Notes: a model not told the origin generated them from the letters alone. DNA of 64,000 nt from Pseudomonadota bacterium (GCA_043797085.1 JAZDQA010000008.1:128001-192000); one strand, 5' to 3'; shown: positions 1-8,584, numbered from the stretch's first letter. Translations and numbers: made by a program.

Positions 1-28
1 TTTCGGCGATATAGTCTTGAATTGACAT
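1..28 (-). CDS. N-terminus of a gene running off the window edge (MSIQDYIAE...), unknown product
   Basis: ATG at 28-26 on the minus strand preceded by AAAGGA RBS; open to window edge; motif-like promoter at 60-76. Confidence 0.5.
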
Positions 29-59
29 GGGGGTCCTTTGGGTTTGTATAATCAAGTCA

Positions 60-76
60 ATACAATTATTGTTCTA
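60..76 (-). promoter_or_regulatory. Candidate nif-type -24/-12-like promoter (TAGAACAATAATTGTAT, 1 mismatch)
   Basis: Matches GAAC-N5-TTG(C)AT motif found before nifH/nifB/nifS; about 30 nt upstream of ATG at 28. Confidence 0.45.
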
Positions 77-81
77 GCTTT

Positions 82-98
82 TCGTATGATAATTGCAT
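82..98 (+). promoter_or_regulatory. Candidate nif-type -24/-12-like promoter (TCGTATGATAATTGCAT, weak)
   Basis: G and TTGCAT at motif spacing; upstream of AAA/VWA operon; back-to-back with 60-76. Confidence 0.35.
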
Positions 99-109
99 TC
101 CTTTGATTG

Positions 110-186
110 TGAACGCCATCGGAATACATCCCGATTGGCTACGCTTGCCGCTATGGCACTGAAGCTTGCCTCATTCGAGGCAGAAT
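110..186. repeat. 77-nt composite GTAG-REP-like repeat, copy A
   Basis: Minus strand GTAG followed by palindrome ccaatcgg-gatgtatt-ccgatgg; scaffold shared with 38943-39019 and palindrome shared with 4636-4670. Confidence 0.8.
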
Positions 187-208
187 ATTTTCTGTATGAA
201 GGAATAGA

Positions 209-1204
209 ATGAACCCTCAAAGTGCCAAACGATCCCTTGCTCATCTATGTGAACGTAAAGTTCCCGTCTTTTTATGGGGACCTCCGGGAATCGGTAAATC
301 CTCTATTGTCGCTCAGATTGCACGTGAAGCGGGGATCGGCTTTATTGATTTGCGTCTCTCACTCCTCGATCCGACTGATTTACGCGGTATCCCTTTTTTT
401 AACGCCAAAAACGACACAGCGATTTGGGCACCTCCCGCATTTTTACCGGATGGTCGTGAGGAAAAAGGGATATTGTTTCTCGATGAGCTCAACACTGCCG
501 CACCGATGGTTCAAGCCTCTGCATATCAGTTAATATTAGACCGTAAAATCGGTGAATACAGACTTCCTGATGGATGGGCGATTATCGCTGCAGGGAATCG
601 TGAGAGCGATCGAGGGGTGGTATTTCGCATGGCGGCACCGCTAGCAAACCGTTTTGTTCATTTGGAGATGGAGGCAAATGTGGCGGATTGGCGAAAATGG
701 GCGATAGGTGCAGGGATAGAGCCTTCGATTATTGCGTATATCTCCCACCGTCCGGATGCACTGTTCGTCTTTAACTCAGAGAGCCGATCGTTTGCAACTC
801 CTCGAACGTGGGCGTATGTACATGATATCATGGCTTCCAATCCTGAGGAAGATTTGGTGATGCCGATGGTTTCGGGGGCGATTGGGGAAGAGCTTGCCGC
901 CTCGTATCTTGGATTTCGTCTCGTTGCCTCACAGTTACCTGATTTGGATGCGATACTGGAAGGGACATGCAGTGATGTTCCCACTGACCCCTCGGCATTG
1001 CACATTCTCTCTACGGCACTTACTATGCGGGTTAATGATTACACGGGGAATAAGAAGCTCAACAACCTTATCACCTATACGTTGAAACTTCCCGGTGAGT
1101 TTGCTGTAATGATTATCCAAGACCTCAGAGCACGTAAAATCGAACTCGACCATGTTGAGAGCTGGCCGTTGTGGATGCGCCAGTTTAATACACTGCTACG
1201 ATAA
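209..1204 (+). CDS. MoxR-like AAA+ ATPase
   Basis: Walker A GPPGIGKS, Walker B LFLDE, AAGNR, LANRF, ATPRTW; adjacent VWA gene. Confidence 0.85.
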   Translation: MNPQSAKRSLAHLCERKVPVFLWGPPGIGKSSIVAQIAREAGIGFIDLRLSLLDPTDLRGIPFFNAKNDTAIWAPPAFLPDGREEKGILFLDELNTAAPMVQASAYQLILDRKIGEYRLPDGWAIIAAGNRESDRGVVFRMAAPLANRFVHLEMEANVADWRKWAIGAGIEPSIIAYISHRPDALFVFNSESRSFATPRTWAYVHDIMASNPEEDLVMPMVSGAIGEELAASYLGFRLVASQLPDLDAILEGTCSDVPTDPSALHILSTALTMRVNDYTGNKKLNNLITYTLKLPGEFAVMIIQDLRARKIELDHVESWPLWMRQFNTLLR

Positions 1205-2352
1205 TGTCGCACGAAGAACTTCTTTTACGGGCAAAAAGCCTTTTGAATGTGAAATATCCCTATTTCGGGATGCTGGCTTCACGGTTGCAACATGAACCAA
1301 GCGACACCGTATCAGGATATGCGAGTAATGGAAAACGGTTTATCTACAATGTCCAATTTTTGGAGCGTAGAAACGTCGAGGATGTGATGTTTATCCTCAC
1401 GAATGCCGTGATGCACCATGTCCTCTCCCATCAGCAGAGAAAACTCAATCGCAAAGGTAAGTTATGGCAGTTAGCGACCGACTACGCCATCAACAATCTC
1501 CTTTCCAAAAGCGGTCTGCATATCCCTATTGGGGCAAATTACAACAAAGAATACGAAGGTATGTACGCCGAAGAGATTTACGATGCACTTAAAAATGATG
1601 TAAATATTGGCGAGGGTGATGCCTTCGGTGAAAGTGGTGACAGTGCCCCCGAAGCTTCCACGATGGAGCAAGAGGATGATGACTCGTCAGGTTTTGCCAA
1701 TATTGACGGTATCGCGGATGAGCTTGACACCCAAGATGAATTGCAATGGCAATACGCCGCCTCGATCGCTCAGGAAGTAGCACAGCGTAAGGGATCTATG
1801 CCGTTGGGATTGGAGCGATTGGGGAAAAAGGTGAAGCCCAGCGATGTTGATTGGCGATTTGAACTTTATAATGCCGTCAACCGCCACATGCGCAACAACT
1901 ACGCCTTTATGCCTCCGAACAAAAAACATATCCATCGCGGAATAGCACTTCCATCCCTCACCAGTGATACTCTCAGTCTTTGTGTAGCCGTTGATACTTC
2001 CGGATCAATCGACGATCAGCTTTTGGGGGCATTTATGGAGGAGTTTAAAACCATCATGCAAAACTTTCCTTCCGTCAAAATCGAACTCATCATCGCCGAT
2101 GCCAAGGTGCATGCTCATCATACCTTCCAAGGGGGAGAACGGATGGATTTCGCGCTCAAAGGAGGAGGCGGAACCGATTATCGCCCGACGTTTGATTATG
2201 TCGAAGCGAATTTGCCGATGACGACAATGTTGTTGTATTTCACCGACGGGGAAGGGTCGTTTCCGCGTATTCCTCCAAATTATGAAGTGCTGTGGGCACT
2301 CTCACGAAAAGCAAAAGTTCCATTTGGACGGGGGATGGTAATTTTTAGTTAA
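1204..2352 (+). CDS. DUF2201-type metallopeptidase-like N-domain + VWA domain protein
   Basis: MIDAS DTSGS, GGGTDY, FTDG; acidic linker; N-domain has NAVMHH where HExxH is expected; translationally coupled to AAA gene. Confidence 0.8.
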   Translation: MSHEELLLRAKSLLNVKYPYFGMLASRLQHEPSDTVSGYASNGKRFIYNVQFLERRNVEDVMFILTNAVMHHVLSHQQRKLNRKGKLWQLATDYAINNLLSKSGLHIPIGANYNKEYEGMYAEEIYDALKNDVNIGEGDAFGESGDSAPEASTMEQEDDDSSGFANIDGIADELDTQDELQWQYAASIAQEVAQRKGSMPLGLERLGKKVKPSDVDWRFELYNAVNRHMRNNYAFMPPNKKHIHRGIALPSLTSDTLSLCVAVDTSGSIDDQLLGAFMEEFKTIMQNFPSVKIELIIADAKVHAHHTFQGGERMDFALKGGGGTDYRPTFDYVEANLPMTTMLLYFTDGEGSFPRIPPNYEVLWALSRKAKVPFGRGMVIFS

Positions 2353-2576
2353 AGATGATCGCTGTAATCGCAAGACCCATCGATCTCATGCATCTCTTTT
2401 ACTGATTTTTTCAAATCTGCTGCATATTGGGCCAAGAGCATGGCATCAACTTCACAATCCGCTGCGATAGCTATGATTTCGCTACTAGTGATGTCAGGGG
2501 AGCGTAGGCGTGCGAACTGATCGGCTGTGATGTTGATGTGAAATATTTTGTCGATGGAGTGAAGGGTGAGAATCAT
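2349..2576 (-). CDS. Hypothetical protein (75 aa)
   Basis: ATGA overlap with upstream ORF, GGAGGG RBS. Confidence 0.6.
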   Translation of the reverse strand: MILTLHSIDKIFHINITADQFARLRSPDITSSEIIAIAADCEVDAMLLAQYAADLKKSVKEMHEIDGSCDYSDHL

Positions 2577-3058
2577 CCCTCCATGCTCCGTAATGCGGTG
2601 TTAATCTGCTCTAATGCCAGAGACTTGGCATTTTCTACCTCTTTGTTATCCCACCAGTATTCGATGATAGCGTGTTCAATCTGTTCGATTTGCTCCATAC
2701 GTAAGTTGACAAAAACTTCATTCGTGTTGATTTCATCGGGGCTGAGTCCTTTGGAAGCGGCAATTTTATTCAGCGTTTCGACGATGCTTTTTTCGAGCGG
2801 TTTTGGGGTGCTTTCTTCACGGGCGTGATCGATCCATGCGCGAATTTCGTCCTCTAGGTAATCATGTCCCCACACCTGATAACACAAAATACGATTTGGC
2901 GTATAGATGATAGTGTGATCTTCACTCAATACGTCAGAGGATTTGACATTTCCGTCGTAGATATAGACTTCCAGACGTTCATTGTCGCGCAGGGTGCAGG
3001 CTTGTTCAAAAGCCGCTCGGGCGTGTTTTAGCACTTCGCTTTTTAGATTTTCATTCAT
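2573..3058 (-). CDS. Hypothetical protein (161 aa)
   Basis: AAGGAG RBS, operon-like spacing. Confidence 0.7.
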   Translation of the reverse strand: MNENLKSEVLKHARAAFEQACTLRDNERLEVYIYDGNVKSSDVLSEDHTIIYTPNRILCYQVWGHDYLEDEIRAWIDHAREESTPKPLEKSIVETLNKIAASKGLSPDEINTNEVFVNLRMEQIEQIEHAIIEYWWDNKEVENAKSLALEQINTALRSMEG

Positions 3059-3067
3059 AGTGACTCC

Positions 3068-3289
3068 TTAAGATACTTTTGCATTATGATAGTCCCATAG
3101 CCGTTTGTAATGGCTGTCGAGCTCAGATAGGGTTGAATCGACGGTGATGAGTTCATTGGTACGATCAAATCGTTTATTGTTGGTCTCATACCAGTTTTCC
3201 ATCTCTATTTTGAGAACATTGCGCTTCGCAGCAGTTTGGGCGATGAGTTGACGTATCTCTTCCATCTCTGAGGTGATGATATATTCCAT
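3068..3289 (-). CDS. Small coiled-coil hypothetical protein (73 aa)
   Basis: First gene after motif at 3324-3340; helical charged sequence. Confidence 0.65.
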   Translation of the reverse strand: MEYIITSEMEEIRQLIAQTAAKRNVLKIEMENWYETNNKRFDRTNELITVDSTLSELDSHYKRLWDYHNAKVS

Positions 3290-3323
3290 GTTGGACTCTT
3301 CGTGTATGTAATTAACAGCACTT

Positions 3324-3340
3324 ATGCATTTTTTATTCTT
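3324..3340 (-). promoter_or_regulatory. Candidate nif-type -24/-12-like promoter (AAGAATAAAAAATGCAT)
   Basis: 16/17 identical to 35384-35400; about 35 nt upstream of ATG 3289. Confidence 0.6.
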
Positions 3341-3345
3341 TAGGT

Positions 3346-3362
3346 GTGAACAACAATTGCAA
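3346..3362 (+). promoter_or_regulatory. Candidate nif-type -24/-12-like promoter (GTGAACAACAATTGCAA)
   Basis: GAAC-N5-TTGCA about 36 nt upstream of ATG 3399; heads Sel1-Nfu/TOBE/fdx/nifX operon. Confidence 0.65.
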
Positions 3363-3398
3363 TGGTTCTCTTAATAAGAGTAAAAATAGGGAGTGACC

Positions 3399-4127
3399 AT
3401 GGAAGAAGAGACATTGATGCAACAAGCGATTAAAGCCTACGATGCGAAAGATTTTATGAGTGCAAAAGCGATTTGGGAATCTCTTGGTGACTCTAACACG
3501 AATGCCATGGTCAATCTGGGAACAATGTATGTCAAAGGATTCGGGATGCCTAAAAACATCCATAAGGCATACGAGCTGTTTGAACGTGCGGCATCCTTGG
3601 GACATGAAACGGCTGCATTTTATCTGGGCGGCATGTATGAAAACGGCATCGGTGTCACTGCAAATTTGGAAGAATCGATTCGTCATTATACGGTAGCGGC
3701 AGAGGCCAATATGGCAACGGCACAGCTGAAACTTGGAATTTTACTCCGTAATGATGATGTTTTGAACTCGATGAAATGGATGATTAAAGCGGCACATGCA
3801 GGAGAAGCGCAAGCCCATTCACTGTTGACCTACGTGAGCAACCAAAATGAAGATAACGACATAAATGTCACATTTCGGATGATGGATCTCTCCTCTCAGC
3901 GTGCCAAAGTTGAAACCGTTATTAGTGAAAATCTCGGACCCATCCTTGCAAGCGACGGCGGCGGAGTCGAGTTGGTCAACTACGTAAGCGGTGATACTCC
4001 TGAAATATGGCTCCGATATTTGGGTGCATGTTCAGGATGTCATTTGGGACCAACCTCGACAGCGGGGATGATACTTGAGCAGTTTGAAAACGTTATCGAT
4101 AAAAGAATTGTTATTTATCTTTGGTAA
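3399..4127 (+). CDS. Sel1-repeat protein fused to C-terminal NifU/Nfu domain
   Basis: Sel1 repeats (AMVNLGTMYVKGFG, AAFYLGGMYENGIG); Nfu motif PILASDGGGVELV...YLGACSGC. Confidence 0.8.
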   Translation: MEEETLMQQAIKAYDAKDFMSAKAIWESLGDSNTNAMVNLGTMYVKGFGMPKNIHKAYELFERAASLGHETAAFYLGGMYENGIGVTANLEESIRHYTVAAEANMATAQLKLGILLRNDDVLNSMKWMIKAAHAGEAQAHSLLTYVSNQNEDNDINVTFRMMDLSSQRAKVETVISENLGPILASDGGGVELVNYVSGDTPEIWLRYLGACSGCHLGPTSTAGMILEQFENVIDKRIVIYLW

Positions 4128-4139
4128 TAGGAGTCTATT

Positions 4140-4592
4140 ATGAACTCATTTCCGGCATACGTGGAAGAGATAAAAAGTGATCAATTTTTTAGCTGCATCA
4201 CCGTTCGCACAAAAGAGACGGTCTTAAAACTTCTCAAAACCGAAGTACCTAAATGGCTAAAAATCGGTGATGAGGTGGAATGCCGTATCCAAGAAGCAGC
4301 GATTTCACTGTGTACGGGAGCCAAAGAGGGAAGTGTTTCGATTGAAAATCATCTCTCAGGTGAATTGCAACATTTTCGTAAGGGTTTGGTTTTGAGTGAA
4401 GTGAGCGTGGAAACACCTTGCGGGATTATGAATTCGCTTATTACCACGGATGCGTTTGATCGGATGGAGTTATGCGAGGGGTGCAGTGTAACATTGTTGC
4501 TTAAAGCGGTGGATATAAAACTTCTTCCCGTATTGGACTCCACCTCGTATGAAAATTGCAAAGACAAATTATATCAATTGAAAAATAGATAA
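4140..4592 (+). CDS. Tandem TOBE/Mop molybdate-binding protein (ModG-like)
   Basis: SIENHLSG...SLITTDAFDRMEL...LLLKAVDI Mop pattern; nif context. Confidence 0.7.
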   Translation: MNSFPAYVEEIKSDQFFSCITVRTKETVLKLLKTEVPKWLKIGDEVECRIQEAAISLCTGAKEGSVSIENHLSGELQHFRKGLVLSEVSVETPCGIMNSLITTDAFDRMELCEGCSVTLLLKAVDIKLLPVLDSTSYENCKDKLYQLKNR

Positions 4593-4593
4593 A

Positions 4594-4670
4594 GCACTTA
4601 AGTGCGCGGGCTCTCTGCCGAAGAGAACTTAGCGTTAGCGTAGCCAATCGGGACGTGTTCCGATGGCGTT
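4594..4670. repeat. GTAG-REP-like repeat, copy B (inverted relative to copy A)
   Basis: AGCGTAG-ccaatcgggacgtgttccgatgg-CGTT equals reverse complement of 112-145 with 2 loop changes; additional hairpins gcacttaagtgc and ctct..agag. Confidence 0.8.
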
Positions 4671-4697
4671 TTATAAAAATATACCAAGGAGTCTATT

Positions 4698-5072
4698 ATG
4701 GCTGTAATGATTACTGATTTATGTATTAACTGTGACGCGTGTATCGACGAGTGTCCCGTAGCGGCAATCGCAAGTGAGGGTGATTCACCGCGTGATGATT
4801 GGGAATATACCTACGTCAAACCGGAAAAATGTATCGAGTGTGTCGGTCATGCTGAAGTTCCTGCGTGTGCAGCCGCCTGTCCTACGGAAGAGTGTATCGT
4901 GTGGGATATGCCGTATACGGCTGAGTTTAATGATTATTATGTGAACAGTTCGGATTATGCGATTGGTTCGAGCAAAAAACGAGGATTGCTTTCTCCGGAA
5001 GTCTCTCCTCAAACGTTCCGTGATGATATTTCGATTGAAATGCGTCAAGCACGTGAAGCGGTAGCCGTCTAA
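4698..5072 (+). CDS. 2[4Fe-4S] ferredoxin (FdxN-like) with C-terminal extension
   Basis: CINCDACIDECP and CIEC-x8-CAAACP. Confidence 0.85.
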   Translation: MAVMITDLCINCDACIDECPVAAIASEGDSPRDDWEYTYVKPEKCIECVGHAEVPACAAACPTEECIVWDMPYTAEFNDYYVNSSDYAIGSSKKRGLLSPEVSPQTFRDDISIEMRQAREAVAV

Positions 5073-5453
5073 ATGTTAATCGCGTTCGCTTCATCGGATG
5101 GAATCTCTGTCAATCAACATTTTGGATGGTCGAAGAGTTTTGAGCTGTATCGTGTCACGCAAGAGACAGCCGAGTTTATCAAAACACTCGACAGCTCCCA
5201 AGACGCGATCGAAGACGAACACGAAAAGCTGGCGTACAAAATCGGGACGGTAAAAGAAGCAGATATCATGTTTTGCTCCCAAATCGGTCCGACGGCGTCG
5301 AAGATGGTGTTGGCTTCCAAAATTTATCCGATGCGTTCGGCAGAAAATGAACTTATTGAGGAAGCAATCAAAAAACTTCAAGAGTTATTATTGGGCAATC
5401 CGCCGCCGTGGTTGTTGCGAATTGTACACACAACAAAAGATAAGGAGATTTAA
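5073..5453 (+). CDS. nifX: NifX, FeMo-co precursor carrier
   Basis: IAFASSDG..VNQHFG, IGPTA, PPPWL C-terminus. Confidence 0.85.
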   Translation: MLIAFASSDGISVNQHFGWSKSFELYRVTQETAEFIKTLDSSQDAIEDEHEKLAYKIGTVKEADIMFCSQIGPTASKMVLASKIYPMRSAENELIEEAIKKLQELLLGNPPPWLLRIVHTTKDKEI

Positions 5454-5455
5454 TT

Positions 5456-5851
5456 ATGTCAGTAATTATCGATGATACCTGTATCACGTGCGATGCGTGT
5501 TTACAACAATGTCCGGTCAATGCAATCTTAGATGATACCACAAGCCCGATGGGGAACAAACGTTATTACGTTGAACCGGAAAAATGTATCGAATGCGTCA
5601 GTGTGTATGATGATCCGCAATGTGCGGCGATTTGTCCGAGTATCGGATGTATTACGTGGGATATGCCTTTTACCAAAGAGTTCGATGCTCATTTTCTTAA
5701 TGAAGAGATCTATAAATTAGGGACAAAAAACGGTGTTCCAAAATCTCCCGCCTTTAGAGAGAAAAAATACCGCAAAGATATTCCTATCGAAATGCGTGGA
5801 GTAGGGCATATCGTCCAAGAAGAACCGGAAAACCTCGAAGAAGTGGGATAA
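5456..5851 (+). CDS. Second 2[4Fe-4S] ferredoxin (FdxN-like) with C-terminal extension
   Basis: CITCDACLQQCP and CIEC-x8-CAAICP. Confidence 0.85.
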   Translation: MSVIIDDTCITCDACLQQCPVNAILDDTTSPMGNKRYYVEPEKCIECVSVYDDPQCAAICPSIGCITWDMPFTKEFDAHFLNEEIYKLGTKNGVPKSPAFREKKYRKDIPIEMRGVGHIVQEEPENLEEVG

Positions 5852-6192
5852 TGAACCCCATCAACAAAGTTGCCGCCAGACTCGACACTTTTGGCAGAGA
5901 TTGTGCGGTGACGGTCGCTTTGAAAATCAGCGATGATTCATGCAAGATGGATGAGGAACAGCGCTCTGTCTTTATGGCTCTTTACGATGCGCTTGAATCT
6001 TTTGAAAGTGAACTTTTTGATGAGAGTGTCAACACGCTAATTCATTCCGCCCGAACTGCTCCCTCCGCAACTCTTTATGCTCAGATCAAAAAAGAGCGTG
6101 AAATGGCAATGGCAATCATCACCCAAGAGAAGATGAAAGCGTTTAAAGCATCGGTTCGAGCCGCATTGCTGATCGCACAGTTAAATCAATAA
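5851..6192 (+). CDS. Hypothetical protein (113 aa), last gene of nifX operon
   Basis: TAATG coupling to ferredoxin gene. Confidence 0.7.
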   Translation: MNPINKVAARLDTFGRDCAVTVALKISDDSCKMDEEQRSVFMALYDALESFESELFDESVNTLIHSARTAPSATLYAQIKKEREMAMAIITQEKMKAFKASVRAALLIAQLNQ

Positions 6193-6239
6193 CCCAAAAT
6201 GCTCCCGTGCCGCAGAGGCATAATCTACATCACTTATCG

Positions 6240-6368
6240 TTATTTTTGTATCGCTTCGGATTCAGCGAAGGCTAACAGCTTTTTACCGATCCCTTTAGCT
6301 TGAAGTGATGGCTCAACCGTAAACAACCCGAAAGGGCTATCGTTTAGGGTGGCGTGTCTAAGAATCAT
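6240..6368 (-). pseudogene. Internally deleted, truncated GNAT acetyltransferase remnant (42 aa)
   Basis: Translates MILRHATLNDSPFGLFTVEPSLQAKGIGKKLLAFAESEAIQK*: GNAT-type N-terminus joined directly to motif A (QxxGxG). Confidence 0.7.
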
Positions 6369-6439
6369 GATGGGATTTTAGCATAGGATTAAGGGTAAAA
6401 GAGTATTATAAGACAATAAAAAACATCAAAGGGGTGCAC

Positions 6440-6838
6440 ATGGGTGAGGGATTGGTACGATGCCGACAACGGATGGTCAACTACACCAAATCACTTGCTC
6501 ATCTACGTACTACAGTCGAAAAAGAGAGCCTCAACGAGATCGAAAAAGCGGGGTTGATTCAGTTTTTCGAGGTGGCATTTGAACTTTCGTGGAAAGTGAT
6601 GAAAGATTATCTCATCACTGAGGGTTATGATGTCAAAAGCCCACGTGAAGCGATCAAAACGGCGTTTGATTACGGACTGATAACAGATGGAGCCAAATGG
6701 CTCGAAGCTCTCGAAAAACGAAACCTCGCCGCCCACACCTATGATGAATCGATCCTCGATGAACTCGAAGAGTTGATAACTCACACCTATTATCCGATGA
6801 TGGAAGCTCTCAGAATCTCTCTCGAAGAGCGGCTATGA
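6440..6838 (+). CDS. HEPN toxin (HI0074-family nucleotidyltransferase substrate-binding protein)
   Basis: GLIQFFEVAFELSWK, SPREAIK, RX4HXY motif RNLAAHTY. Confidence 0.85.
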   Translation: MGEGLVRCRQRMVNYTKSLAHLRTTVEKESLNEIEKAGLIQFFEVAFELSWKVMKDYLITEGYDVKSPREAIKTAFDYGLITDGAKWLEALEKRNLAAHTYDESILDELEELITHTYYPMMEALRISLEERL

Positions 6839-7128
6839 TCGGACTCTCACATTCGGAACTCCAAACACTCCGCGACGTTTTTTCCCGCTTTAGCGATATT
6901 TCCGAAGTGATCCTTTTCGGCTCCCGCGCACGAGGAACACACCGACCATCCTCCGATGTTGATCTCGCTCTCAAGGGGGGAAATCTCAGTATCGACACTC
7001 TCTCTAAACTCCGATATATCCTCGAAGAGGAGACCAATCTCCCTTATTTTTTTGATATTGTTGTTTATGATCGGGTGGAGAATGAGGCGTTGAAGAGGGA
7101 GATTGATGAGGATGGGGAAATAATATGA
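6835..7128 (+). CDS. Minimal nucleotidyltransferase (MNT) antitoxin
   Basis: GSX10DXD motif FGSRARGTHRPSSDVD; ATGA overlap with HEPN. Confidence 0.85.
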   Translation: MIGLSHSELQTLRDVFSRFSDISEVILFGSRARGTHRPSSDVDLALKGGNLSIDTLSKLRYILEEETNLPYFFDIVVYDRVENEALKREIDEDGEII

Positions 7129-7922
7129 AAATAATTATTATTGGTAATGGATTTGATTTAAATTTAGGACTAAAAACAAGTTATAAAGATTTTATTGAAA
7201 GTGATTATTTTCAATCTTTAGCTGAGGAAAACAATTCATTGGCTGAATATTTAATGAGTAAATCTGATCTCAACAATTGGGTGGATATTGAAAAAGAAAT
7301 TACAGAATATTCTATACGAATTCAAAATACAGATCCCAATGTAAAAAGTCATTTTCAAGCATTAAAAGTAGCATTAGCTAAATACTTACTGGAAGCCCAA
7401 GAAACTGAAATTTATCAGGATTCTCAGGCCTTTAAGATGATTAAAGAAGAAATAGAAACAGCTGATAAAATTTATAATTTTAACTATACAAGTACAGTAT
7501 ATAAAGTTGCCGAAATATTAGGTATTGATATTTCAAATAAACACTCATATGTTCATGGTTCGATTAGCAATATGGATATTATATTTGGAGTTGAGGATAA
7601 AGCTAGAATTTATCCAAACCATATTTTTTTAAAAAAATCATATAATAAAAACTTTGGTGAATCGGATATTAGTCATTTTCTTAGACGTGAAAATGATGTA
7701 GTTCTATTTGGACATTCGCTAGGAATTACTGATAGTTCTTATTTTTCATCTTATATTTTTCAGCTTACTAGTGAATTTGATAATCCAGAATTGAAATTTT
7801 ACCATTACGGTGAAAGTGGCTATGATGAAATGATGATCATGCTTGATAATTACACATATAATAATTTAACAGAGTTTAAACATTATAATAATTTTATACC
7901 GATTGATTCATCTATCAAATAA
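7125..7922 (+). CDS. AbiH-family abortive infection protein
   Basis: IIGNGFDLNLGLKTSYKDF, NFNYT, VHG, FGHSLG..D; very AT-rich. Confidence 0.85.
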   Translation: MKIIIIGNGFDLNLGLKTSYKDFIESDYFQSLAEENNSLAEYLMSKSDLNNWVDIEKEITEYSIRIQNTDPNVKSHFQALKVALAKYLLEAQETEIYQDSQAFKMIKEEIETADKIYNFNYTSTVYKVAEILGIDISNKHSYVHGSISNMDIIFGVEDKARIYPNHIFLKKSYNKNFGESDISHFLRRENDVVLFGHSLGITDSSYFSSYIFQLTSEFDNPELKFYHYGESGYDEMMIMLDNYTYNNLTEFKHYNNFIPIDSSIK

Positions 7923-7964
7923 TTTTTTACTTTCTCACTTGAATTGAGGCGGTTTAGCACCTCT

Positions 7965-8426
7965 TTATATCACCTTGCTACTACGAAATTTAGAAGAATG
8001 GGCAAAGATGATTAGCCCGAAAAAGAGTGCGGAGATACCCCCTAAAATCAGAAGAAGCCATGTATCACTCGGATCAACTTCCAACAAAATGAGTTTTCGG
8101 ATGATAACGACAAATCCGATTTCAAGCAGTGTAAGCGCATACAAATAGCCGTTACGGATAAAGAGCGTTCGGACGATTGCCAGTACAATCAGCGTAAACA
8201 GCGCATCAGTCAAAATAATTTTCATATTTGCAAAGTCGAGGGCACCATGTTGCAAAGTCAAGTCGATGAGTGTGGTGGAGAGACCGATGAGACAGGAAAA
8301 AAGATAGACGATCATAATGGCGATAAAAAAGAGACGGAGAGCCTGAATACCTATTTGCATAAACTCTTCGATTTTATGTTCCCAAACAGGAGCCATTTTA
8401 GAAATAGGTTCAGTTGTGTCACTCAT
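7965..8426 (-). CDS. PsiE-family membrane protein
   Basis: Four hydrophobic segments, EIGFVVIIRKLI motif. Confidence 0.6.
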   Translation of the reverse strand: MSDTTEPISKMAPVWEHKIEEFMQIGIQALRLFFIAIMIVYLFSCLIGLSTTLIDLTLQHGALDFANMKIILTDALFTLIVLAIVRTLFIRNGYLYALTLLEIGFVVIIRKLILLEVDPSDTWLLLILGGISALFFGLIIFAHSSKFRSSKVI

Positions 8427-8584
8427 TATAGGCTCTTTTGTAGAAATTTTTATGATTATAGTAATATCTCACTTCGAAAACAGTGAGGTTCTTTTATAAA
8501 CAATAATTGAGAAATCGTACAAGCGATTTAACTCTAAGTAAATAGGGGATAGACTTCCGAAAAACAATATCAAAGACCTATTTT

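Noticed and set aside
154..169. TGGCAC...TTGC resembling a canonical sigma54 promoter (also in the copy near 38987)
   Set aside because: Spacing is GG-N11-GC, one too long, and it lies inside the repeat scaffold
6195..6385. Multi-hairpin region that first looked like a structured ncRNA
   Set aside because: Minus-strand translation gives a clear GNAT fragment; the stems are short and have no second copy for support
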